From: an uncultured archaeon
GTDB lineage: Archaea; Thermoplasmatota; Poseidoniia; MGIII; CAYLMJ01
NCBI GenBank assembly: GCA_964384995.1
Contig: CAYLMJ010000011.1
Location: 4,417 to 68,416, forward strand
Length of the DNA: 64,000 nucleotides
Direction: 5' to 3'
Made by a program: the position numbers and the translations under genes. Shown piece by piece: positions 16,438-25,459 of this stretch (its first letter is position 1; the number at the start of each line of letters is the position of its first letter). A model generated the notes under the pieces. That model made no database searches. It saw only the letters and a list, made by a program, of their open reading frames with translations, and was not told where the DNA came from.

Positions 16438-17847
16438 ATGCGGTATCTCATCCTGGGAGCCGGGGCTGCCGGTCTGGCGGCGGTCGAGGCCATACGAAGC
16501 CGGGACCCCGAGGGTCAGATCATCCTCTGCTCGGCCGAGGAGGGACCGCCCTACTCCCTCTGCGCCCTGCCCGATCTCGTGGCCGGCGAGATAGAGGAAA
16601 AGGTGCTCTTCACCACGGCCAGGGGTCAGATGAAGGACTGGAACGTGGACTTCCGACCCGGCTGGCAGGCCGAGACCCTGGAGATGGCCGGCAAGGCCAC
16701 CGATGGGTCCGGTGGACGCGTGGGCTTCACCAACCGGGAATGGCTGGACTTCGATCGTCTGCTCATCGCCACCGGCTCCGAGCCCCTGCTGCCCCCTCTC
16801 CCCGGTCTGGACCGTCCGGGCATCTTCACCCGCCTGGACCTGGCGGGATGCAGGGAGCTGTCAGTGGCCCTGCCGGTGTCCGGTCGCGTGGCGGTGATCG
16901 GAGGCGGCTTCCTGGGCGTGGAGATGGCCCAGGCCCTCGTGGGACTCTCGAGCCGTCAGCGGCCGGGCAGACTGTCCGATGCCGAGGGCGAACGGGCCGA
17001 CCTTGAGGTCATCCTGGTGGAGATGGAGGACCGCCTCCTGGCCTCCATGCTGGACCGGGAGCGTTCAAGGCTGGCCCAAGAGCATCTGGAAGTCCTGGGT
17101 GTGCAAGTGGTGGCCGGGACCCGGGTGACGGAGTTCGACGGGCAAGGCGAGAGCGGGCCCGTTGAGGCCCTGGCCTGCGAGAAGGGCGATCCCATCGATT
17201 GCGACCTGGCGGTGATGGCCGTGGGCGTGAGACCCAACGTTAGCTGGCTGGAAGGCTCGGGACTCGAGGTCGGCCCATCGGGCGGACTGGCGGTCGACGA
17301 GCGGATGGGGACCCAGTTGCCAGGTGTCTTTGCGGCGGGCGATCTCATCGAGAGCTGGGACCACCTGACCGGGACCCGGGGCCTCAAGCCCACCTGGACC
17401 AACGCCGCCGAGCAGGGCCGAATCGCGGGATTGAACATGACCGCCGAGGAATTGGCGGATGGAGCCGAGGCGCCCACATACAACGGCTGGGACGACTACA
17501 ACGTGGTCCACATCGGCGAGGTCCCGTTCGTGAGCTGCGGCCAGGTCAACGACCTGCCATCAACTATCCAAAAGGTGGAGGCACCGCCCCAGATCAAAGG
17601 TGGCCGGGGCAAAGAGTGCCGGACGAGCCTCTACATCGAGGATGACCGGCTGGTAGGCCTGTGCACCATGGAACTGCCACCCAACATCGGCCACCTCCAC
17701 CATATCATCCGGGAGGGCGAGAGGCTCCCCGACCCGGACGATCCATTGCGTTCATTCTATGAATCCTCCCTCCAGGCCCGTCGCGAGGTGCGACCCATGA
17801 GTGCGCGAAAAGGGACCGAGACCGGAGCCGGGGAGGGCGCTCAATGA
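16438..17847 (+). CDS. FAD-dependent pyridine-nucleotide-disulfide oxidoreductase family flavoprotein
   Basis: MRYLILGAGAAGLAAVEAIR (GxGxxG), a second dinucleotide fold VAVIGGGFLGVEMA, and FAAGD. Its stop overlaps the iorA start (ATGA at 17844-17847). Confidence 0.8.
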   Translation: MRYLILGAGAAGLAAVEAIRSRDPEGQIILCSAEEGPPYSLCALPDLVAGEIEEKVLFTTARGQMKDWNVDFRPGWQAETLEMAGKATDGSGGRVGFTNREWLDFDRLLIATGSEPLLPPLPGLDRPGIFTRLDLAGCRELSVALPVSGRVAVIGGGFLGVEMAQALVGLSSRQRPGRLSDAEGERADLEVILVEMEDRLLASMLDRERSRLAQEHLEVLGVQVVAGTRVTEFDGQGESGPVEALACEKGDPIDCDLAVMAVGVRPNVSWLEGSGLEVGPSGGLAVDERMGTQLPGVFAAGDLIESWDHLTGTRGLKPTWTNAAEQGRIAGLNMTAEELADGAEAPTYNGWDDYNVVHIGEVPFVSCGQVNDLPSTIQKVEAPPQIKGGRGKECRTSLYIEDDRLVGLCTMELPPNIGHLHHIIREGERLPDPDDPLRSFYESSLQARREVRPMSARKGTETGAGEGAQ

Positions 17848-20030
17848 GCCTGGAGATGACCCTGCTGGCGCCGGCCGGCACCACCGTGCCCCTGCTGGGC
17901 AACGAGGCCCTGGCCCGGGGCCTGCTGGAGGGCGGCCTGCGCCTCGCCTCGGCCTACCCCGGCACCCCCTCCTCGGAGATGATGACCACCCTCCTGCGCA
18001 TCCACCAGGGGATGGGGCCGAGCAAAGGTAAATCGAAGGCCAATGATGGAGGGGACAGACCCCTGAGATACCACGCCGACTGGTCGGTGAACGAGAAGGT
18101 GGCCACCGAGGTGGCCATCGCCGGCTCCATGTCGGGACTCCGCTCGGTGACGGCCATGAAGGGCGTGGGACTCAACGTAGCCTCCGAGCCCCTGCAGGCC
18201 TACACCTACATGGGCCTGAGCGGCGGCCTGGTGGTCATCGTGGCCGACGACCCCGGGATGCACAGCTCCCACACCGAGCAGGACAACCGCCTGCTGGCCC
18301 GGCAGATCCACATGCCGGTGCTGGAGCCCGCCACCCCCCAGGAGGCCAAGGAGATGGCCGCCGCCGCGTTCGAGCTGTCCGAGGAGTGGGGCCAGCCGGT
18401 GATGATCAGGACCACCACCCGCATCTCCCACACCCGGGCCGACGTGACCCTGGGCCCCCTGCCCCCATGGCCTGACAAGGATGGAGAGCGGGAGGGGATG
18501 CAGAAGCAGGAGCGGGAGGCAGGCGGGAAGAGTGAAAGGACTGGCTTCCAGAACGCCCCCACCCGTTGGGTCAACCTGCCGGTCAACGCCCGGCGGATGC
18601 GCCTGGAGCTCATCGAGAGGCTGAAGGCCGCCGAGAAGGCGGCCAGCCAACTGTCGTTCAACCGGTACGAGGGACCCAAGGATGCCGCCAGGGCGGTCAT
18701 CGCCTGCGGTGCGGCCTATGGGCCGGTCAAGGAGGCCCTGGAGGAACTGGAGCTGGCCGACACCGTGGGAGTGGTCAAGGTGGCCACCTCCTATCCTCTG
18801 CCATCGGAGCTGATCGAGGAAGCCCTGAAGGGGGCCCAGGAGGCGCTGGTGGTGGAGGAGCTGGAACCCTTCGTTGAGCGGGAGGTGATCTCCCTGGCGC
18901 ACAAGGCGGGCCTGAAGGTCAAGGTCACGGGCAAGGAGCTGGTCCCCCAGGCCGGCGAGCTCTTCGTTGAGCAGGTGCTGATGGCCCTGGCGGCCTTTGC
19001 CGGAGTGGAAGCTCCCGCGATGGAGAATGATCTGACTGACCCGACTGACCCGAATGACAAGGCCGACCTGTCTGACCTGATGGGCATGGTGCGGCCCCGG
19101 CCCCCCACCCTGTGCGCCGGTTGCGGCCACCGGACCATCTTCTACGCCATGGCCGTCATCGACAGGCGGTTGAAGCGGCAGGGAGGCTCGGGGCTCATCA
19201 AACCCTCGGACATCGGATGTTACACCCTGGGCTACAACCCCCCCCTCCACGGTGTGGACGCCCATCTCTGCATGGGAGGCTCCATCGGCATGAGCAACGG
19301 CTTTGCCGCGGTGAACGAGGTGCTGTCCATGGAGAGCTCGAGCCCTGCCTCCGCTTCCGCCTCCGCTTCCGGCTCCACCAGCCATCTTCGCCCCATCGTC
19401 TGCACCATCGGCGACAGCACCTTCTTCCATGCCGGCCTGCCGCCCCTGACCCACGCCGCCTCCACCGGGGCCAACCTGACGGTGATCATCCTGGACAACG
19501 CCACCACGGCCATGACCGGTCATCAGCCCCATCCGGGAGCCCCGTTCGAGGGCAAGGCCATCACCATCCCCGAGGTGGTCCGGGCCCTGGGCGTGGATTG
19601 GTTGAGAGAGGTGGACACCATGGACGCGGCGGCCACCCTGAAGACCCTGGAGGAGGCGGTGGCCTATCCGGGACCGTCGGTGATCATCGCCGACTCGCCC
19701 TGCGCCGTGTTGACCATGCGGGGCCACCTGGCCGCCGGAGGCCCGCCATCACCCTACGTCATCGACCACGAGGTCTGCACCAACTGCGGCATCTGCCTCG
19801 ACCGCTTCGCCTGTCCCGCCATCCAGCGTCCCGAACCGACCCCGGAGCAATCGGCGGCGATGGAGTCGGTGGAGAGTGAGGCCGCGGCCCGCAAGGTGAT
19901 GCCCAAGCCGGTCATCCTGCATCTGCTCTGCTCGGCCTGTGGCGTGTGCGGCCAGAAGCAGGTCTGCGCCATCGGGGCCATCCGGCCGCCCGATGAGGCT
20001 CCACCCACCTCGGGGGAGGCCGGCTCATGA
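17844..20030 (+). CDS. iorA: indolepyruvate:ferredoxin oxidoreductase alpha subunit
   Basis: LLGNEALARGLLEGGLRLASAYPGTPSSE, TPP motif GDSTFFHAGLPPL, C-terminal CTNCGICLDRFACP plus CSACGVCGQKQVC. Carries several low-complexity insertions. Confidence 0.9.
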   Translation: MSLEMTLLAPAGTTVPLLGNEALARGLLEGGLRLASAYPGTPSSEMMTTLLRIHQGMGPSKGKSKANDGGDRPLRYHADWSVNEKVATEVAIAGSMSGLRSVTAMKGVGLNVASEPLQAYTYMGLSGGLVVIVADDPGMHSSHTEQDNRLLARQIHMPVLEPATPQEAKEMAAAAFELSEEWGQPVMIRTTTRISHTRADVTLGPLPPWPDKDGEREGMQKQEREAGGKSERTGFQNAPTRWVNLPVNARRMRLELIERLKAAEKAASQLSFNRYEGPKDAARAVIACGAAYGPVKEALEELELADTVGVVKVATSYPLPSELIEEALKGAQEALVVEELEPFVEREVISLAHKAGLKVKVTGKELVPQAGELFVEQVLMALAAFAGVEAPAMENDLTDPTDPNDKADLSDLMGMVRPRPPTLCAGCGHRTIFYAMAVIDRRLKRQGGSGLIKPSDIGCYTLGYNPPLHGVDAHLCMGGSIGMSNGFAAVNEVLSMESSSPASASASASGSTSHLRPIVCTIGDSTFFHAGLPPLTHAASTGANLTVIILDNATTAMTGHQPHPGAPFEGKAITIPEVVRALGVDWLREVDTMDAAATLKTLEEAVAYPGPSVIIADSPCAVLTMRGHLAAGGPPSPYVIDHEVCTNCGICLDRFACPAIQRPEPTPEQSAAMESVESEAAARKVMPKPVILHLLCSACGVCGQKQVCAIGAIRPPDEAPPTSGEAGS

Positions 20031-20689
20031 GCTCTGATGACGGACGACCGGTGAACGTGGTCATCGCCGGGGTGGGCGGCCAGGGGGTCCTGCTGGCCAG
20101 CCGCCTGCTGTGCGGCGCGGCGGTGAAGGCCGGTCTCTCGGTCCAGGCCATGGAGGAGCACGGCATGGCCCAGCGGGGCGGGGCCGTCACCACCCAGCTG
20201 AGGGTCTCCGCCGGCGAGCTCCACACGGCCCAGATACCCAGGGGCCGCGGCGATGTCCTGCTGGCCTTCGAGCCCATGGAGGGCCTGCGGGCCCTGCCGC
20301 TGATGGGTACCGGGGCGGAACTGCTGATCAACACCCGACAGCTGCCACCCCCGATCATGCCGGGAGGCGGCGGTAGCCCAGGCGGAACCGGACCGGCCGG
20401 GGTCACCACATCGCTGGACCTGGCCGAGGTGGAGCGGCTGCTAGGCGAGAGCCGCTCAAGGGTCCACCTGTTCGACGCCACCGCTCTGGCCGAGGAGGCC
20501 GGTTCGGGCCTGGCGGTTAACATGGTGCTGATAGGCGGCCTGGCGGCCCTGGGCCTCCTGCCTCCGCCCCTTGATGGTGCGGCCTTGAAGGTGTCGCTGG
20601 CAGACTGGGTGGCACCGAGGTTCCGCAAGGTCAACACCCGGGCCTTCGAGCTGGGGCATGATGTAATTGCCGGCAGCCACGGGACCTGA
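20027..20689 (+). CDS. iorB: indolepyruvate:ferredoxin oxidoreductase beta subunit
   Basis: VNVVIAGVGGQGVLLASRLL...HGMAQRGGAVTTQLRV. ATGA overlap with iorA. Confidence 0.85.
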   Translation: MSSDDGRPVNVVIAGVGGQGVLLASRLLCGAAVKAGLSVQAMEEHGMAQRGGAVTTQLRVSAGELHTAQIPRGRGDVLLAFEPMEGLRALPLMGTGAELLINTRQLPPPIMPGGGGSPGGTGPAGVTTSLDLAEVERLLGESRSRVHLFDATALAEEAGSGLAVNMVLIGGLAALGLLPPPLDGAALKVSLADWVAPRFRKVNTRAFELGHDVIAGSHGT

Positions 20690-20730
20690 ATCACGAGGGA
20701 TCTGGAACACGCCTGTGATATTTCGATGGT

Positions 20731-21150
20731 TCAGGCATCGACCGTGACCGTCTTGGACCGCGACCCTGCCTGCCCCTCCTTTCTGTGCCCTGCCTCTGTT
20801 TCCTTTTCCTTTTCTTCTTCCTCTTCAAAGGTCCGCAGGCCTCGGCAATGGAGATGCTCGGCCATGGCTCGGGCCAGATAGGTGTTGTGGATGTGGGCGA
20901 TGAGGGTGGCCTGTTCGTTGTCGAGGTTCAAGGTGTAGTACTGGGTGGCCCCCTCCCTGGTCGTCCTGGCCACCAATCCTTCCCTTTCCAAACGCTCCAT
21001 GTACTTGTAGGCCGTGGCGATGGATATCCGGGTGTGTTCGGTTAGAAAGGGGATGGTGACCTCGTCCCCTGCATAGGCTGCCAGGACCTCCAGGAGCTCG
21101 ACCCGGGGACTGTGGCCAAAGAGGTCGGTCATTGAGATGGAGGCTGTCAT
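20731..21150 (-). CDS. winged-helix transcriptional regulator (ArsR/MarR-like) with an acidic tail
   Basis: LLEVLAAYAGDEVTIPFLTEHTRISIATAYKYMERLEREGLVARTTREGATQYYTLN. Tail FEEEEEKEKETEAG. Confidence 0.6.
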   Translation of the reverse strand: MTASISMTDLFGHSPRVELLEVLAAYAGDEVTIPFLTEHTRISIATAYKYMERLEREGLVARTTREGATQYYTLNLDNEQATLIAHIHNTYLARAMAEHLHCRGLRTFEEEEEKEKETEAGHRKEGQAGSRSKTVTVDA

Positions 21151-21182
21151 TTCGGCTCCCTGTAATTGTAGTTCAGAGTTGT

Positions 21183-21215
21183 ATTTAAAACTTTTTAAAA
21201 TTTAAAATCTAAACA
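21183..21215. promoter_or_regulatory. AT-rich divergent promoter core with three TTTAAAA boxes
   Basis: atttaaaactttttaaaatttaaaatctaaaca. TTTAAAA at 21184, 21194 and 21201. The outer boxes lie ~34-38 nt from the start codons at 21150 (-) and 21239 (+). Confidence 0.5.
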
Positions 21216-21238
21216 AAGCAAGCCATGTAGATTAAAGG

Positions 21239-21631
21239 ATGAGGCGAGATCCAGCCGCAATGTCAAGGGAAAGACCGCCCCTCCCGGCCCGGCCGAACGA
21301 GAGTGAACTGGATCGAATATCAGAGGGTCTCGCCAAGAAGATCCTTGCGTTATCGGATGATGAACTCGTTCTACTGGTGGCCATATCAAATCCGAGGATG
21401 ACCGCCAAAGATAACTTTCGGACCGAGACGATAGCCCGAGCCCTCCCTCCAAGATGGAAGAGGTCCATCGATTGCCATCGGGTCTGCATGGGCCTTGTGA
21501 ACAAGAGGATAATGGCACTCTACCGTCCGGGCAACTGGAGGTTCACCAATCTTGGATTCCAGATCGCCCATTTCCTAAGAACGTTGAAGGCGAGAAGATA
21601 CGGCCTGACCAAAGTGCGAAGAAGAGGGTAG
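21239..21631 (+). CDS. hypothetical basic protein, possibly winged-helix
   Basis: 130-aa ORF in a lower-G+C stretch. LSDDELVLLVAISNP...RVCMGLVNKRIMALYRPGNWRFTNLGFQIA resembles an HTH plus wing. No family recognised. Confidence 0.35.
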   Translation: MRRDPAAMSRERPPLPARPNESELDRISEGLAKKILALSDDELVLLVAISNPRMTAKDNFRTETIARALPPRWKRSIDCHRVCMGLVNKRIMALYRPGNWRFTNLGFQIAHFLRTLKARRYGLTKVRRRG

Positions 21632-21852
21632 TCGACGGATAACGAAATGTAACTACATCTCTCGATACGACCCGTGGTTATCCTTAGAACCCACACCATC
21701 CAGGAAACACCCAATAACGACAATACAGCCCCAACATTTTTACCCCGGTTCCGTCTGGTCGGCCCACTCAGCGGGAGGCCCGGGCCGGCACGCCATCGGG
21801 TGTCACGCAGACCAAGCATCCCATCGTATCCCATACATCAGGAGTCCGCCCC

Positions 21853-22335
21853 ATGGAGACCGTCAAGATAATCCAGTTCAAACCCCAGCTCTGCAAGGAG
21901 CACCGCGACTGCGAGAGGGCCTGTTCCAAGGTCCACTTCAAGGAGGTCCGCGAAGCCGACCACTCGGCCATCCGCATCATCAAGGAGGCCAAGGCAGGCA
22001 AAGCAGGCAAGGCAGGCAAGGCGGGCGCCGGCTATCGCATGGACAACTGCAACCATTGCGGCCTGTGCATCGACATGTGCCCGGTGCTGGCCCTCAAGCG
22101 GACCCCCAAGGGCAACGTCATCCTGAACAAGAAGACCTGCGTGGGCTGCCTGTCGTGCGTGGGCTTCTGCCCCAGAGGGGTCATGCGCCTGGCCCCAGGC
22201 ACCGATGTACCGTTCAAGTGCATCTCCTGCGGCATGTGCGTCAGGGCCTGCCCCGAGGGTGCCCTGCAGCTGGCCGAGGTGGCCATCGCCGAGGTCGAGG
22301 AAGAGGTCTATTCCAGACTGGGGGTGGCCCAATGA
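21853..22335 (+). CDS. polyferredoxin (3-4 [4Fe-4S] motifs) with a (KAG)4 insertion
   Basis: CNHCGLCIDMCP, CVGCLSCVGFCP, CISCGMCVRACP plus an N-terminal CKEHRDCERAC. Insertion EAKAGKAGKAGKAGAG. Stop overlaps the next start (ATGA). Confidence 0.8.
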   Translation: METVKIIQFKPQLCKEHRDCERACSKVHFKEVREADHSAIRIIKEAKAGKAGKAGKAGAGYRMDNCNHCGLCIDMCPVLALKRTPKGNVILNKKTCVGCLSCVGFCPRGVMRLAPGTDVPFKCISCGMCVRACPEGALQLAEVAIAEVEEEVYSRLGVAQ

Positions 22336-24743
22336 CCGGAGGCGGAAGCGGAAGCGGAAGCGGAACCGGAGCCGCCGGACCAGAGGCCAGCGTGCCGGCC
22401 ACCTACCGGCCCAGGACCCTGAAGGTCCAAGGCGGCGGGTTCGAGACCGGCGATGACCGCCACGACTGGGACCTGGAGGCCCTGCGGGCCGGACACAAGG
22501 TCCTGGCCGAGCACAGGTACGACAAGAGCGAGGTGGTCCGGGGCTATTCGGGCCGGACCCTCCATATCGACCTGTCCACAAACGAGATCACGGAACGGCC
22601 GGTGAGCGAGGACATGAAGCAGAAGTTCACCGGCGGCAAGGGCTTCGGCCTGAAGCTGATGTGGGACTCCATCAAGCCCGACACCCGGTGGGACAGCGAG
22701 GAGAACGTCCTGGTGCTCAACAGCGCTCCCCTCAACGGCATCACCCAATACTCAGGCACCGGCAAGTGCCTGAGCACCACCGTGTCGCCGTCCACCGATC
22801 TGGTCTGCGACTCCAACGCCGGGGGCTACTTCGCCCCCTACCTGAAGTTCGCCGGCTTCGACGCCTTGGAGGTCCAGGGCAAGGCCGAACCTGGCACTGA
22901 TGTGGCCGTGTTCATCGACGGCAACGAGGGGGTGGTGCGCATCGAGAGCTGTCCCCTGGAGGAGACCGACGCCCACCTGGTGAGCGAGCAGCTGACCCAC
23001 CTGTACGCCGCCGCCGACACCGACGCGGCGCGTCAGAAGGTCTCGGTGGTGAGCGCCGGCAAGGGCGCCGACCACAGCTACTGGGGCTGTCTCAACATAT
23101 CATTCTACGACCAGCGGCGCAAGGTGGCCCGGCTGAAACAGCACGGCCGCGGGGGGCTGGGAGCGGTCTTCCGCAACAAGGGGCTCAAGGCCATCGTGGC
23201 CCGCATCCCGGGCTTCACCGGCACCTCCAACGATCCCTCTGATATCGACCGGCTGAACGCCATCGGGACCAAGTACCACAAGGAGATGCGGGACCTGGAC
23301 CGCCACCAATGCAACATGCGGGCGGTGGGCACCGGCAACATCGTGGAGGTGATGGACGCCTACGATCTCCTGCCCACCGAGAACTACCGCTTCGGCTCCT
23401 TCCCCAAAGCGAGCAATCTGCACTCGCCCAACTTCTACAAGCGCTTCACCCAGGTGGTGCCCGATGGCTGCTGGTACGGATGCACCATGGCCTGCTCCAA
23501 GGCCGTTGACGGCTTTGAGGTGAAGACCGGGCCCTATGCCGGCCAGAAGGTGACCGTTGATGGACCGGAGTACGAGAACTCGGCGGGTTGCGCCAACATG
23601 TCCATCTGGGACCCGGAATGGGTCATCGAGTGGAACTTCTACTGCGACACCTACGGCCTGGACACCATCTCGGTGGCCACCGGCGTGGCCTTTTACATGG
23701 AGATGTACGAGTATGGCATCCTGAACCGGGAGCGGTGTGATGGCATCGAGCTCTGCTTTGGCAACGCCGAGGGGCTGATGGAACTGCTCCACCGCATAGC
23801 GGCCGGTGATACTGGCGAGTTCGTCCAGGTGGCGGCCAAGGGGGTGCGGCGCATGAAGGACTGGCTCATCGAGAAGGGCTGGGGCGACCCCCAGCTCATC
23901 GAGGACTGCGGCATGGAGTGCAAGGGCCTGGAGTTCTCCGAGTACGTGTGCAAGGAGTCGCTGGCCCAGCAGGGCGGCTACGGCATGGCCTCCAAGGGCC
24001 CCCAGCACGACGAGGCCTGGCTCATCTTCATGGACATGGTCAACAACCAGATACCCACCTTCAAGGACAAGGCCGAGGCCCTCCACTACTTCCCCATCTG
24101 GCGCACCTGGTTCGGCATCGCCGGGCTGTGCAAACTGCCCTGGAACGACATCGTGCCCGCCGACAACGCCACCACCGAGGAGCCCGCCAAGATACCCGAG
24201 CACGTGGCCAACTACGCCGAGCTGATGACCGGGGTGACGGGCAACGCCACCGTGCCGTCGGACCTCATCGACCAGAGCGAGCGGGTCTACAACTGGCAGA
24301 GGGCCATGAACGTCTACATGGGCAAGGGCCGGCGGGCCAACGACCACATCCCGTTCAGGGCCATGGGGCCGGTGACCGAGATGGAGTACCTCTCCCGGGC
24401 CGAGCGCTACGACGGCCAGCTGGTGGAGGACCTGGGCCTGGCCGAGGCGGATGTGGAGAAGATGTCCACCCCCGAGAAGATGAAGCGCCTCCATGACCAC
24501 CGCCGGGACCGGTACCAGAAGCTGGCTGACGCGGTCTACTACCGCCGGGGCTGGACCCAGAACGGGGTGCCCACGCCCCAGAAGATGCGCCAGCTGGGAT
24601 TCGGCGACGAGACGCGGATGCTGGAGATGCTCCAGAAGGCCATCGACGAGGACGAGAAGGCGGGACTGAACGACTGGGGCGGAGACTACAGCGGCAAGCT
24701 GAAACCACCGTGCGATGAGCGTCGGTACTGGGAAAAGTGGTGA
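22332..24743 (+). CDS. divergent AOR-family oxidoreductase (803 aa, N- and C-terminal extensions)
   Basis: Start at ATG 22332 (MTGGGSGSGSGTG...). AOR N-domain GYSGRTLHIDLSTNEITERPV...GGKGFGLKLMW, GPEYENSAGCANMSIWDPEWVIEWNFYCDTYGLDTISV. The cluster motif is GCWYGCTMAC (C-x3-C-x3-C), unlike AOR1. Confidence 0.85.
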   Translation: MTGGGSGSGSGTGAAGPEASVPATYRPRTLKVQGGGFETGDDRHDWDLEALRAGHKVLAEHRYDKSEVVRGYSGRTLHIDLSTNEITERPVSEDMKQKFTGGKGFGLKLMWDSIKPDTRWDSEENVLVLNSAPLNGITQYSGTGKCLSTTVSPSTDLVCDSNAGGYFAPYLKFAGFDALEVQGKAEPGTDVAVFIDGNEGVVRIESCPLEETDAHLVSEQLTHLYAAADTDAARQKVSVVSAGKGADHSYWGCLNISFYDQRRKVARLKQHGRGGLGAVFRNKGLKAIVARIPGFTGTSNDPSDIDRLNAIGTKYHKEMRDLDRHQCNMRAVGTGNIVEVMDAYDLLPTENYRFGSFPKASNLHSPNFYKRFTQVVPDGCWYGCTMACSKAVDGFEVKTGPYAGQKVTVDGPEYENSAGCANMSIWDPEWVIEWNFYCDTYGLDTISVATGVAFYMEMYEYGILNRERCDGIELCFGNAEGLMELLHRIAAGDTGEFVQVAAKGVRRMKDWLIEKGWGDPQLIEDCGMECKGLEFSEYVCKESLAQQGGYGMASKGPQHDEAWLIFMDMVNNQIPTFKDKAEALHYFPIWRTWFGIAGLCKLPWNDIVPADNATTEEPAKIPEHVANYAELMTGVTGNATVPSDLIDQSERVYNWQRAMNVYMGKGRRANDHIPFRAMGPVTEMEYLSRAERYDGQLVEDLGLAEADVEKMSTPEKMKRLHDHRRDRYQKLADAVYYRRGWTQNGVPTPQKMRQLGFGDETRMLEMLQKAIDEDEKAGLNDWGGDYSGKLKPPCDERRYWEKW

Positions 24744-24882
24744 TGGGTCCGACCAACCTCTCTTATGCTGTCCCAACCATTATGAACCGTGACCCAAGGC
24801 CGACACCCAGCAAAGCCTGCCTCCTCCTACTTGCCTCACCTCAACCACCAAGGCTATCAAGCAGATATGGGAGGTCGATGAG

Positions 24883-25083
24883 ATGGCGATAACGGTGAAC
24901 GGCAAGGAGAGGGAACATGTGGAGGGGGAGACGGTGGCGAAGCTGTTGAAGCGGCTGAGGTTCATGTTCCCGCTGGTGGTGGTGAAGGTGAACGACCAGG
25001 TGGTGGCCAAGGAGGACTTCGGCCAGGTGGAGATCACCGAGGGTGCCAGGGTCGAGGTCATCCATCTCATCAGCGGAGGCTGA
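24883..25083 (+). CDS. ThiS/MoaD-family beta-grasp protein ending in Gly-Gly
   Basis: 66 aa: MAITVNGKEREHVEGETVAKLLKRL...VNDQVVAKEDFGQVEITEGARVEVIHLISGG. Confidence 0.7.
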   Translation: MAITVNGKEREHVEGETVAKLLKRLRFMFPLVVVKVNDQVVAKEDFGQVEITEGARVEVIHLISGG

Positions 25084-25459
25084 GGCACGGGTCGAGATCA
25101 TCATCTCATCGAGGAACTGGGCTTTGCCGAGGGCAGCTCGATAATGATGGCTCATTGAACCGATCCAACTTCATCAGGCATTGGCGGGCATAGGCAGTCG
25201 ATCGCTGGTATTGGGAAGCAAAGGCAGACAAAGGAAAGCAAGGGCAGTCATGGGTAGATGTTTGCTGGTAAAGGGAAGCAAAAGCAAGCAATGCTAGCAA
25301 AGCAGGCAAAGGAAAGCAAAAGCAGGCAAGGGCAGACAGTGGGAGGCAATACAGGGTGCAAGAGGCGGCCGTACCTCACATCACCCCTTCTCCCCCTCTA
25401 TAATGATTATACACCTGGCCTCCCCTCTTAAATATCGCCAGCCATCCCCCCACGATTCC

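Noticed and set aside
25106-25309. 67-aa - strand ORF in the thiS-OYE spacer, and the 89-aa + strand ORF 5646..5915 across the 11-bp array
   Set aside because: Both are read straight through degenerate tandem repeats, so their peptides are repeat translations (e.g. ...YRTYRERIRT...). There are no start-site signals and no codon-bias support.
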